Part shown: piece after piece, positions 48,936-57,277 of the stretch | Layout: each line of letters starts with the position of its first letter | Position numbering within the stretch: the first letter of the stretch is position 1 | NCBI GenBank assembly: GCA_948433085.1 | Contig: CAOJDP010000004.1 | Coordinates: 1-62,999 of the forward strand | Length of the DNA: 62,999 nucleotides | From: an uncultured Bacillales bacterium | Lineage (GTDB): Bacteria > Bacillota_I > Bacilli_A > RF39 > UBA660 | Direction of reading: 5' to 3' | Made by a program: the position numbers and the translations under genes | Notes under the pieces: model-generated | Database searches by the model: none | The model's input: only the letters and a program-made list of their open reading frames with translations | What the model was told of the DNA's origin: nothing

Positions 48936-49517
48936 ATGTCAGTATTTAAAATAGAAAAAACTAAAGATTTTACTATAATGAGTAATTATCATTTAAGAGA
49001 TAGAAATATAAGTTTAAAAGCTAAAAGATTGTTATCATTTATGTTAAGTTTGCCTGAAGATTGGGATTATTCTCTAAAAGGTTTATGTGCTATTAGTAAA
49101 GAAAATAGAGATGTTATAAGATCAACATTAAAAGAATTACAAGATAATCATTATTTAGAAATTGAAAAGATAAGGGGAGATAAGGGATATTTTGAATACA
49201 ATTATTTGATATACGAAAAACCACATTTTGTTGAACAAGAAAATGAGAATAATGATCCAGATATGGAAAATCCACACCTGGATAATCCAAATGTGGAAAA
49301 CCAACTACAAATAAATATTAATAAACAAAATACGAATAAACAAATAGATAAAGATGATAAAACAATTTCATCTTTTTTTGTTGCTGAAAAACATAATATA
49401 TTAACATTAGAATTAATTGAGAGGGGATATATAAATGAAACTGATACACAAATATTTTACTATGACAAACTATTTGAAGATTTATTACAAAATGATATGA
49501 GAAAGTTTCTAGGGTAG
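48936..49517 (+). CDS. Winged-helix replication-initiator/organizer-like protein (Firmicute plasmid/ICE Rep-type N-terminal HTH); possibly frameshifted
   Basis: FTIMSNYHLRDRNISLKAKRLLSFMLSLPEDWDYSLKGL...LKELQDNHYLE, followed by ENPHLDNPNVENQLQININKQNTNK, both typical of this Rep family. A second frame is open at 49496-49774 without a start codon and continues to just before the iterons. Confidence 0.55.
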   Translation: MSVFKIEKTKDFTIMSNYHLRDRNISLKAKRLLSFMLSLPEDWDYSLKGLCAISKENRDVIRSTLKELQDNHYLEIEKIRGDKGYFEYNYLIYEKPHFVEQENENNDPDMENPHLDNPNVENQLQININKQNTNKQIDKDDKTISSFFVAEKHNILTLELIERGYINETDTQIFYYDKLFEDLLQNDMRKFLG

Positions 49518-49775
49518 TAAAAAGTAAAACTAAATGTGATAAGATTACTATTGAAGATTTAATTCAGGAGATAGCATATCAGAATAGTTTAAAAGAATTT
49601 AAACTAAATGATCAGCAGAGAAGAAAAAAAGTATTAGATAATTATTTTAAAAATGGTAATACTATAAATATGTTTCCAAACAAATATAAGATGGAAAAAG
49701 CTATTAAAAATATAAATTATGAAATGGAAAAAGCATCTCAAGAATTTAGTAAGTTATTTGATTATGAAAAATAAT

Positions 49776-49910
49776 TTTATTGTAATGTTTATTGTAGTCT
49801 TTATTGTAGCATTTATTGTAGTGTTAAAATTTTATAATATTGAATATTTTAAATAAAATAAGGAATTTTTCAAAAATATTGTAATCTTTATTGTAGTCTT
49901 TTATTGTAGC
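49776..49910. repeat. Iteron array (putative replication origin)
   Basis: TTTATTGTAG(Y/C)N is repeated at ~12-nt spacing. There are four copies at 49776-49823 and three at 49877-49910, flanking a ~50-nt extremely AT-rich spacer. Confidence 0.7.
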
Positions 49911-49944
49911 TTTAGTATTCTAATTTTGTGAAAAATATAGTATA

Positions 49945-51282
49945 ATGATATATATGATTAAGGAGATGATAAATGTGTTTTCAATTATGGAAGATTCAAG
50001 AAATGAATTTAAAGAAATCTTGAATGATGCTTTAGAAAAAGAAGTTATAGCATTTTTAACAAAAAATGGTGGAAATATTTATATCGGTGTTAATAATGGT
50101 GGTAAAGTAGTTGGCATAAATGAAGATATTGATGCTTTACAGTTAAAAATAAAAGATAGAATAAAAAATAACATACTACCAAGCACTTTAGGATTATTTG
50201 ATATAGATGTTGAAAATTATGATGGTAAAAATATTATCCATATTACTGTTGCTAATGGAAAAGAAAAACCATATTTTTTAAAAAAAGAAGGTATGACATC
50301 TAAAGGTTGTTTCATAAGAGTGGGAAGTTCGGTTGAATCTTTAACAGAAAATCAAATTATGGAATATTATTCTAAAAGAACAAAAAACTCTTTAAGTAAT
50401 ATTGTTTCTCCAACACAAAAGTTATCTTTTTCTCAATTAAAAATATATTATGAAGAAAAAGGATTTCAAATTAATGATAATTTTTTACAACAATTAAATT
50501 TAATGATGGATGATGGCAAATATAATTATGTTGCATATTTATTATCTGATAATAATGGAATATCAATGAAAGTTGCTACTTATTCTGGTAGTGATTCTTA
50601 TGATTTAATAGAAAATGAAGAATATGGGTATTGTTCGTTGATTAAAGCAACTAAAAGTATAATAGATAAATTTAATCGTGTAAATCGTACTTTTACAAAA
50701 ATAACAAGTGCTGAACGAAAAGAATTAGAAATGGTTGATAAGATAGCTGTAAGAGAAGCAGTTGTCAATGCTATTGTCCATAATCGTTGGGAAAGAGAAG
50801 TACCACCTAGATTTGAAATATTTAAAGATCATATATCAGTTACATCAAGTGGTGGAATTCCAGAAAACTTCACAAAGGAGGAATTTTTAAAAGGATATTC
50901 TTCTCCTGTTAATCCTGAACTTATGCGAGTATTTAAAGATTTAGATTTAGTAGAACAATTAGGAACAGGTATTAAAAGAATTTTAAAAACTTACGATGAA
51001 GATATTTATGAGTTTACTCCTAATTTTATTAAAGTAGATTTTATGTTTAATGAAAATACCTTATCTAATAAAGATTCTAGTAGTACAGAAAAACTTAATA
51101 ATACCCAACAAGAAATATTATCTTTAATTAAAAAGGATACTTCTATTACTCAAGAACAAATAGCAGATAAGATGAAAATAAATAGAGTTAACATTGCGAA
51201 AAATATAAAGATATTAAAGGATAAAGGATTTATAGAGCGAGTTGGTAGTAACAAAAAAGGAAATTGGAAAATATTAAAATAA
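49945..51282 (+). CDS. AlbA_2 (Schlafen-like) domain protein with HATPase_c_4-like region and C-terminal wHTH
   Basis: N-terminus EDSRNEFKE...GGNIYIGV.NGGKVVGI (AlbA_2), central REAVVNAIVHNRW and a C-terminal MarR-like wHTH (QEQIADKMKINRVNIAKNIKILKDKGFIERVG). The start is ambiguous (49945, 49975 or 49987). Confidence 0.68.
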   Translation: MIYMIKEMINVFSIMEDSRNEFKEILNDALEKEVIAFLTKNGGNIYIGVNNGGKVVGINEDIDALQLKIKDRIKNNILPSTLGLFDIDVENYDGKNIIHITVANGKEKPYFLKKEGMTSKGCFIRVGSSVESLTENQIMEYYSKRTKNSLSNIVSPTQKLSFSQLKIYYEEKGFQINDNFLQQLNLMMDDGKYNYVAYLLSDNNGISMKVATYSGSDSYDLIENEEYGYCSLIKATKSIIDKFNRVNRTFTKITSAERKELEMVDKIAVREAVVNAIVHNRWEREVPPRFEIFKDHISVTSSGGIPENFTKEEFLKGYSSPVNPELMRVFKDLDLVEQLGTGIKRILKTYDEDIYEFTPNFIKVDFMFNENTLSNKDSSSTEKLNNTQQEILSLIKKDTSITQEQIADKMKINRVNIAKNIKILKDKGFIERVGSNKKGNWKILK

Positions 51283-51290
51283 AACATTTG

Positions 51291-51313
51291 GATCACTATA
51301 TAGTGGTCTTTTT
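51291..51313 (+). terminator. Terminator after the AlbA_2 gene
   Basis: GATCACTAT-ATAGTGGTC hairpin followed by TTTTT. Confidence 0.6.
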
Positions 51314-51323
51314 GGTACTATAA

Positions 51324-52026
51324 AAGTGTAATAAAGAGGGAGATCCTCGTAGAGTTGCTTGGGCTTGTAAAACATATAATACAGATCATCTATCTTGCCA
51401 AAGTTATGGGAATATAAAAGAATCCTATATTGAAGAATTGTTTGTTAATATGTTTTCAGTATTATGTCAGTATAATAAGGAAGTAATTGAAAAACTTTTA
51501 ATCACAATAGAAGAAACTTTTGAAAATGATGATTACTCTAATGAATTAAGAAAGTTAGAGCAAGATATTAAAGCATATCGAGAACAAGTAATGGAACTAT
51601 TAGATATTAGACTTGCTAAAGTAATAGATAATGAAGTGTTTGAAGAAAAAAGTACAAGAATAAATAAAAAAATAGAACTACTTGAAATTGAGGCAAGAAA
51701 AATAAGAGATTATATATCACACCGAGATAAAGTAAAGGATAGAGTAGAAAAATTTAAAACTATTTTTCAAAAAAATGCTACATTAAAAGAATTTGATGCC
51801 GATGTATTTGAAAGTCTTATTGATAAGATTATTATAGGTAGAAGAAATGATGATGGATCTATTGATCCTTATGAAGTAAGATTTGTCCTTAAAACAGGAG
51901 ATGAATTAACCGACACATTACCAATCAAAAAAATACCTTCACAAATGAAGAAAACCGAAAGGGATGATTCCAATGAAAGAATGGAAGAATTACAATCTCA
52001 ATTGGGTGCTTATGCCCACAACGGGG
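51324..52026 (+). pseudogene. Large serine recombinase, C-terminal fragment only (zinc-ribbon tail + coiled coil)
   Basis: The frame opens at 51324 directly after a stop and a terminator. ..WACKTYNTDHLSCQSYGNIKESYIEELF.. (second half of the zinc ribbon) is followed by a coiled coil and ..VFESLIDKIIIGRRNDDGSIDPYEVRFVLKTG.. (the typical C-terminus). No resolvase catalytic domain is present anywhere nearby. Confidence 0.7.
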
Positions 52027-52028
52027 AA

Positions 52029-52158
52029 CACAGTACTAGCAACTCCTCGTGGACTTATCGCTGTCATCGAAAACAATTACCAAAAAGATGGCTCTATTCT
52101 AATACCAAAGGCACTTCAACCTTATATGGGTGGAAAGACAAAAATATCTGTAAAATAA
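52029..52158 (+). pseudogene. serS: Detached 3' end of the resident serS (motif 3 and C-terminus)
   Basis: ..NTVLATPRGLIAVIENNYQKDGSILIPKALQPYMGGKTKISVK* aligns with the tail of the element SerS. It joins in frame to 47348. Confidence 0.85.
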
Positions 52159-52601
52159 ATAATAATGATAATTTATTATATTATTCTATGAAGTTAGCCT
52201 TAATAAATAAATCGTTAAAATTAAATAAAATTACAAATGAAGAATATTTTAAAAGAAAAGATAAAGCAAGAATATCAAATTTGATAATATATTAACTAGT
52301 AGATTTTTTAAATAATTGATAGCAATCAAAAGAATTTATTCTATTATAATATAAAGATTACTTGCTTTTTATTTGTTCAAATAATTATTTTTCCAATTTG
52401 AAAAAAACAAATTAAAAATAAAGTTTTTCCATTTAACAAAAAACTTTTCCACTAATAAGGAAGATTACTCTCGAAGTGGATTAAAATACATCAATGATTT
52501 TAATTTTCTGATGGATGATAATTTTTAATCTTTATTGGTGTTTTTTTATACTTTTTTTGCACTCTCCCAATTTTTTTGTTATAATGAGTCAAGGTGATAG
52601 T

Positions 52602-55106
52602 ATGCAAGAGATTTTAAAAAGAATATATGACTATTCCTTAGAAGAAGTGATGGAAACGCGATTTGCAAGTTATGCGAAAAGTATTATCCAAGATCGTGCA
52701 TTACCTGATGTAAGAGATGGATTAAAACCAGTTCAACGAAGAATTTTATATTCTATGTACAAAGAAAAACATACCTATGATAAACCAACTGTCAAATCTG
52801 CTAGATGTGTTGGAGATATTATGGGTAAATTTCACCCACACGGAGATAGTTCAATTTATGAAGCCATGGTCCGTATGAGTCAATGGTGGAAACAAAATAC
52901 CCTCTATATCGATATGCAAGGGAATAATGGTTCTATGGATGGGGATTCCGCTGCTGCTATGCGTTATACAGAAGCTAGATTATCTAAAGTGAGCAATGAA
53001 TTATTAAAAGACATTGATAAAGATACAGTAACTATGACTTGGAATTTTGATGATACTTTATTAGAGCCAACTGTTTTACCAGCTAAATTTCCAAATTTGC
53101 TTGTCAATGGCGCAAATGGAATTAGTGCAGGATATGCAACTAATATTCCTCCACATAATTTAGGAGAAGTAATTGACGCAACCATAAAACGAATTGATAG
53201 TCCAAATTGTCGATTAGATACAATTTTAGAAATTGTAAAAGGTCCAGATTTTCCAACAGGAGGAATTGTTGAAGGAAAAAACGGAATCATTGATGCTTTT
53301 ACAACAGGTAGAGGAAAAGTAATTATCAGATCAAAAATTGAATTCTTAAAAGAAAAAGGAAAGGTCCAGATTTTAATAACAGAAATTCCTTTTGATGTAA
53401 ATAAAGCCTTATTATGTAAAAAAATAGATGAAATTCGAATTGATAAAAAAGTAGATGGAATCTCAGAAATTAGAGATGAATCAGACGGAGAATGTCCTGT
53501 TCGAATTGTCATCGATTTAAAAAAAGACGCTGATAAAGAATTGGTATTAAATTATTTACTCAAAAATACAGATTTGCAAATTTCTTATAACTATAATATG
53601 GTTGCGATTGTAAACGAAAGACCCATGACCTTAGGAATTCTATCTATAATAGATGCTTATATTGCACATCAAAAAGAGGTGATCACAAAAAGAACTAAAT
53701 TTGATTTGGATCACGCTTTAAAAAGAATGCATATTGTAGAAGGATTAATTCGTTGTTTCTCAATTTTAGACGATGTAATTAAAACCATTCGCGCAAGTAA
53801 AAATAAAGCTGATGCCAAGGTAAATTTAGTAAAAGAATTTGCATTTTCAGAAGAACAAGCAATTGCTATTTTAGATTTACAATTATATCGCTTAACCAAC
53901 CTGGATGTAAATGCTTTAGAAGAAGAACAAAAAAACTTAGCTTTAATTATTCAAGGCTTAGAATCTATTTTAAACTCAGAGGAAAAATTAAAAATTGTGA
54001 TGAAAGAAGAATTAAGAAAAATCAAAAATGAATATGCAATCCCTAGAAAAACGGAGATTCGTGATGAAATAACCGAAATCAAAATTGATACCACGAAGAT
54101 GATTAGCAAAGAAGATTGTATGGTCGTTGTAACCAATGAAGGGTATACGAAACGTGTGTCTTTAAGGAGCTATGACGATAATTCAGAAACTATGTTAAAA
54201 GAAGGGGATTTTGTAACTGGTAAATATAAAATGTCTACAATGGATACACTACTTTTATTTACTGATTTTGGAAATTATTTGTATGTCCCTATACATGAAC
54301 TTCCTGATTTAAAATGGAAAGAACTTGGAAAGCATATTAGTAATTTAATTGCAATTTCCTCAGAAGAACATATCATTGGTTGTATTCCTGTTTACAATTT
54401 TGAAACCAAAGATATTGTAACAATATTTACCCAAGATGGAATGATAAAAAGAAGTTTATTAGCTGATTTCAAAGTACAGAGATATTCTAGACCATTAACA
54501 GCAATTAAGTTAAAACCAGAAGACCGCGTTGTGTCTGTAACGATTGCAAATGAAGACTGCATTTTTGTTACAACCGCAAATGGATATGGGTTATGGTATG
54601 ATACAAGTGAAGTACCTGTTACAGGCGTCAAATCAAGTGGAGTAAAATCCATTACATTAAAAAATGATAAAGTAGTATCAGGTCATATTTTCCATTCAGA
54701 TATGGAATATTTGACAGTTATTACAGATAAAGGTACAGGAAAACGAATCAAATTAACAGAATTTGAAAAAACATCAAGAGCAAGAAAAGGAATACAAATC
54801 ATTCGAGAAGTCAAAACCAATCCTTATCATATTGTAAAAAGTTTTATTATTGGTTATAAAGAATCAATTGTGGTTGCAACAAAAGATGAATTTTTAACTA
54901 TAAAATTGACAGAATTACCAATAGGAGATAGATATGCGACAGGATCAACTTTGGTAAAACAAGATATTTTAGCAGTCTTTAAAGTCGCGAAAGTAATAGA
55001 AGCGAATGTCAAAGAAGAAGTAGTAGAAAAAGAAAATATTTCTTTAGAAACTATTGATGATAAGATGATGACAATTGATGATTTTCTAAAAGATATGGAA
55101 AAGTAA
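52602..55106 (+). CDS. parC: DNA topoisomerase IV subunit A
   Basis: RALPDVRDGLKPVQRRILYSM...HPHGDSSIYEAMVRMSQ..AAMRYTEARL closely follows GrlA/ParC. I saw no GyrA-box in the CTD. The ATG at 52602 follows TATAAT and AAGGTGA; the track start at 52515 lies inside the promoter. Confidence 0.87.
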   Translation: MQEILKRIYDYSLEEVMETRFASYAKSIIQDRALPDVRDGLKPVQRRILYSMYKEKHTYDKPTVKSARCVGDIMGKFHPHGDSSIYEAMVRMSQWWKQNTLYIDMQGNNGSMDGDSAAAMRYTEARLSKVSNELLKDIDKDTVTMTWNFDDTLLEPTVLPAKFPNLLVNGANGISAGYATNIPPHNLGEVIDATIKRIDSPNCRLDTILEIVKGPDFPTGGIVEGKNGIIDAFTTGRGKVIIRSKIEFLKEKGKVQILITEIPFDVNKALLCKKIDEIRIDKKVDGISEIRDESDGECPVRIVIDLKKDADKELVLNYLLKNTDLQISYNYNMVAIVNERPMTLGILSIIDAYIAHQKEVITKRTKFDLDHALKRMHIVEGLIRCFSILDDVIKTIRASKNKADAKVNLVKEFAFSEEQAIAILDLQLYRLTNLDVNALEEEQKNLALIIQGLESILNSEEKLKIVMKEELRKIKNEYAIPRKTEIRDEITEIKIDTTKMISKEDCMVVVTNEGYTKRVSLRSYDDNSETMLKEGDFVTGKYKMSTMDTLLLFTDFGNYLYVPIHELPDLKWKELGKHISNLIAISSEEHIIGCIPVYNFETKDIVTIFTQDGMIKRSLLADFKVQRYSRPLTAIKLKPEDRVVSVTIANEDCIFVTTANGYGLWYDTSEVPVTGVKSSGVKSITLKNDKVVSGHIFHSDMEYLTVITDKGTGKRIKLTEFEKTSRARKGIQIIREVKTNPYHIVKSFIIGYKESIVVATKDEFLTIKLTELPIGDRYATGSTLVKQDILAVFKVAKVIEANVKEEVVEKENISLETIDDKMMTIDDFLKDMEK

Positions 55107-55166
55107 GCAATATCAGTTGTAAGGATACATATTATTTAGTACAATAGAAATAGAGAGGAAGATTAT

Positions 55167-55385
55167 ATGGAACTATTTTTGGATATATTAAAAGTATTGA
55201 TTGGATTTGTAATAGGTGGTATTGCAGGTTTCTTTATTGCACGTAATTATATGAAAAAATTTATGAAAAAGAATCCACCAATTAATGAACAAATGATCAA
55301 AGCAATGATGACACAAATGGGAAGAACCCCTAGTCAAAAGCAAGTCAACCAAATGATGAAACAAATGAATAAATATATGGATTAA
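55167..55385 (+). CDS. yneF: UPF0154 family membrane protein YneF
   Basis: 72 aa. One N-terminal TM, then NPPINEQMIKAMMTQMGR.PSQKQVNQMM, which is typical of YneF. Confidence 0.8.
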   Translation: MELFLDILKVLIGFVIGGIAGFFIARNYMKKFMKKNPPINEQMIKAMMTQMGRTPSQKQVNQMMKQMNKYMD

Positions 55386-55406
55386 GAAGGAAACTTCTTT
55401 TTTTTT
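55385..55406 (+). terminator. Terminator after yneF
   Basis: AGAAG-GAAA-CTTCT followed by a T9 run. Confidence 0.7.
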
Positions 55407-55641
55407 GAAAAAAAAGAATAGTGCAAAACTAGAAGGGAAAAAAACTATTTTAAAATTATTGAAAAAAGATGGTAATGTAAATAATATGTTGTATGTACAA
55501 ACATTATTAGAGCAAGTTACATTAATGGCTGAAATTAGAAAATATGAATATTGCAAGAATAAAAGTGATGTTCAAACGAATGTAAAATACAAAATTTCAC
55601 TTTTAGAAATGGATTTAGAATGTCATAATAAAAAATTATAA
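55405..55641 (+). CDS. Hypothetical protein (doubtful)
   Basis: 78-aa ORF with a TTG start inside the preceding terminator and no RBS. Confidence 0.25.
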   Translation: MKKKNSAKLEGKKTILKLLKKDGNVNNMLYVQTLLEQVTLMAEIRKYEYCKNKSDVQTNVKYKISLLEMDLECHNKKL

Positions 55642-55688
55642 AGGAACAATTAGCACTCCATCCTAATCTTTGTATTGGACGTACACAA

Positions 55689-56300
55689 TTGTATCAATTA
55701 AAGAAAGAAGAACAGCTGCAAATAAATTATGTTTTGGAACAAATGAATAGATTGCCTATACCACAAAAATATAAGTTGGAAATGGATAAAGAAGAAAAAA
55801 TCATGTATGAGTTATCTACTCGTATGTATGATTATTTTGAGAATTGTGATATGAGTACTTTAGAGGAAATATTAGAGTATAAAAAAGCAGAAAAAGAAAG
55901 AAATTTAGAGTTTATGAAAAAGGTTGCAACCAATTTTTGTGCATATAAAAGCAGTTGGTCGTGGACTAACATATATAATTGCAATATTGATTATGATATA
56001 GGTTATTTTACTTATTGTATCCAACATGCAAAGGAATTTGCAAATAATGAGGAAAACCAAGCAATGTATATTCAAGCAGAATTAGCAGGGTATGAAATGA
56101 GGAAAAAATCACTACTTGAGTTAATACCATTATATGAACAACTTTATTTAATGCAAGCTAGTACAATGTTGTTTATAGCAACTAGTCCTGGAGATTTTCT
56201 GAAATATTGCAAGCAGTTATTAGAAGAACAGGAGTTTTTGATTGAATCTAAAAATTCTCAATTAAACCAACAAAAACAAAAAACATTTGCTTCCTTTTAA
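55689..56300 (+). CDS. Hypothetical protein
   Basis: 203-aa ORF with a TTG start and a weak RBS. No recognised motifs. Confidence 0.4.
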   Translation: MYQLKKEEQLQINYVLEQMNRLPIPQKYKLEMDKEEKIMYELSTRMYDYFENCDMSTLEEILEYKKAEKERNLEFMKKVATNFCAYKSSWSWTNIYNCNIDYDIGYFTYCIQHAKEFANNEENQAMYIQAELAGYEMRKKSLLELIPLYEQLYLMQASTMLFIATSPGDFLKYCKQLLEEQEFLIESKNSQLNQQKQKTFASF

Positions 56301-56325
56301 TTATTCAATAAAAAAATCACACCTA

Positions 56326-57051
56326 TTAAAAGGTATGATTTTTATTTTTAATAAACTCTCTTAACATTTTGGTCAAAGCTCTTTTTTCAATTCGTGATAC
56401 ATAGCTTCTTGATATATCCATTTCTTCTGCAATTTCTTTTTGCGTTACTTCTTTTGTATTATTTAAACCATATCGTTTTGTAATGATTTCTTTTTCTCTT
56501 TCCGTTAAAACATTGAAATATTCTTTTAATAGACCAATATTATTTTGATTGTGAATATCTAATGCGAAATCAGGTTTTGGTGTTTTTAGAATGTCTAAAA
56601 ATGAAATTTCATTTCCATCTTTGTCAAAACCAACAGGTTCATTTAAACTGATATTCTTGCTGTTTTTTTTGTCACTTCTAAAATACATTAAAATTTCATT
56701 TTCAATACAACGAGCACAGTAAGTAGTAATACGGGTTCCATGCTTATAAGAAAAACTATCAACTCCTTTAATTAAACCAATGGTCCCAATACTAATCAAA
56801 TCATCAGCATCCTCTTTTCTGTGTTCATACTTTTTGACAATATGAGCAACTAGTCTCAAATTATGTTCAATTAACATATTTCTCGCATATTCATCGCCGT
56901 TTTGTGCAAGTTCTACATATTTTTCCTCTTCTTCTTTGGAAAGAGGTTCTGGAAATAATTGATTGGAATAAGCGGCTGTAAAGATGGTAAGATCTTTAAA
57001 CAAATAACGAATTAAACGCAACAACACATAACTCACATCCTTCATAATCAA
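56326..57051 (-). CDS. sigK: Sporulation sigma factor SigK (pro-sigma-K), uninterrupted
   Basis: FPEPLSKEEEEKYVELAQNGDEYARNMLIEHNLRLVAHIVKKYE...ISIGTIGLIKG...CIENEILM...ISRSYVSRIEKRAL is nearly collinear with B. subtilis SigK. A ~20-aa hydrophobic pro-sequence precedes AAYSNQ. The true start may be the GTG at 57027. Confidence 0.85.
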   Translation of the reverse strand: MIMKDVSYVLLRLIRYLFKDLTIFTAAYSNQLFPEPLSKEEEEKYVELAQNGDEYARNMLIEHNLRLVAHIVKKYEHRKEDADDLISIGTIGLIKGVDSFSYKHGTRITTYCARCIENEILMYFRSDKKNSKNISLNEPVGFDKDGNEISFLDILKTPKPDFALDIHNQNNIGLLKEYFNVLTEREKEIITKRYGLNNTKEVTQKEIAEEMDISRSYVSRIEKRALTKMLREFIKNKNHTF

Positions 57052-57113
57052 TATAAGCTAAAATGGGAAAAATTATGATAATATGGCTGACTTCTTTTGC
57101 AGATAACCAAAAT

Positions 57114-57141
57114 TTGACAAATCCAAAAAACATGATATACT
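57114..57141 (+). promoter_or_regulatory. Sigma-A-type promoter upstream of leader copy B
   Basis: TTGACA, 16-nt spacer, TATACT. Confidence 0.5.
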
Positions 57142-57169
57142 AAGACGCATTCAAGCAAATAAAAAGGGA

Positions 57170-57253
57170 AAATCATAAAATGGTTTGCAAAAAGCTAACG
57201 GAAACATAAATCAAACATTTAGCATATAGCAAAAGGGGGGATCCCCTTTTTTT
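57170..57253 (+). promoter_or_regulatory. Conserved leader element, copy B (25-nt box + hairpin + terminator-like AAAAGGGG..CCCCTTTT)
   Basis: AAATCATAAAATGGTTTGCAAAAAG (24 of 25 identical to copy A), a GCTAA...TTAGC hairpin, then GCAAAAGGGGGGATCCCCTTTTTTT immediately before the downstream gene. Confidence 0.5.
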
Positions 57254-57277
57254 ATAATCATGAAAGGATATGTGAAT

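Larger units (their letters stand above)
47349..52028. mobile_element. ~4.7-kb integrated element (degenerate serine-recombinase element with plasmid-like rep/ori) inserted in serS
   Basis: It is bounded by the two halves of the resident serS. The element ends carry imperfect inverted half-sites: 52006-52026 GTGCTTATGCCCACAACGGGG versus the reverse complement of 47350-47369, GTGCATATGGCTACTACAGG. It contains serS2, a Rep-like gene, iterons, an AlbA_2 gene and a recombinase remnant. Confidence 0.8.

Noticed and set aside
49776-49910. Short regularly spaced repeats that might be taken for a mini-CRISPR array
   Set aside because: The repeat unit is only ~10-12 nt with no spacers of CRISPR size. 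It sits directly after a rep-like gene and flanks an AT-rich spacer, which is an iteron/origin organisation.
51438-52295. 285-aa ORF in the track that looks like a single gene
   Set aside because: It is a chimera. The recombinase C-terminal remnant reads across the attR junction (~52028) into the serS tail in a different frame and then into intergenic DNA. I split it into a recombinase pseudogene and a serS 3' fragment.
52515-52601. N-terminal extension of parC given in the ORF track
   Set aside because: The extension is translated from the promoter region (the TATAAT at ~52580 lies inside it). The ATG at 52602 with an AAGGTGA RBS gives a canonical ParC N-terminus.
52964-53512. 182-aa minus-strand ORF (and similar antisense ORFs such as 42109-42507, 4719-5099, 9946-10275 and 6030-6362)
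   Set aside because: These are shadow ORFs on the opposite strand of well-supported conserved genes (parC, ABC ATPase, rel, smc, AI-2E). They have low-complexity composition and no RBS.
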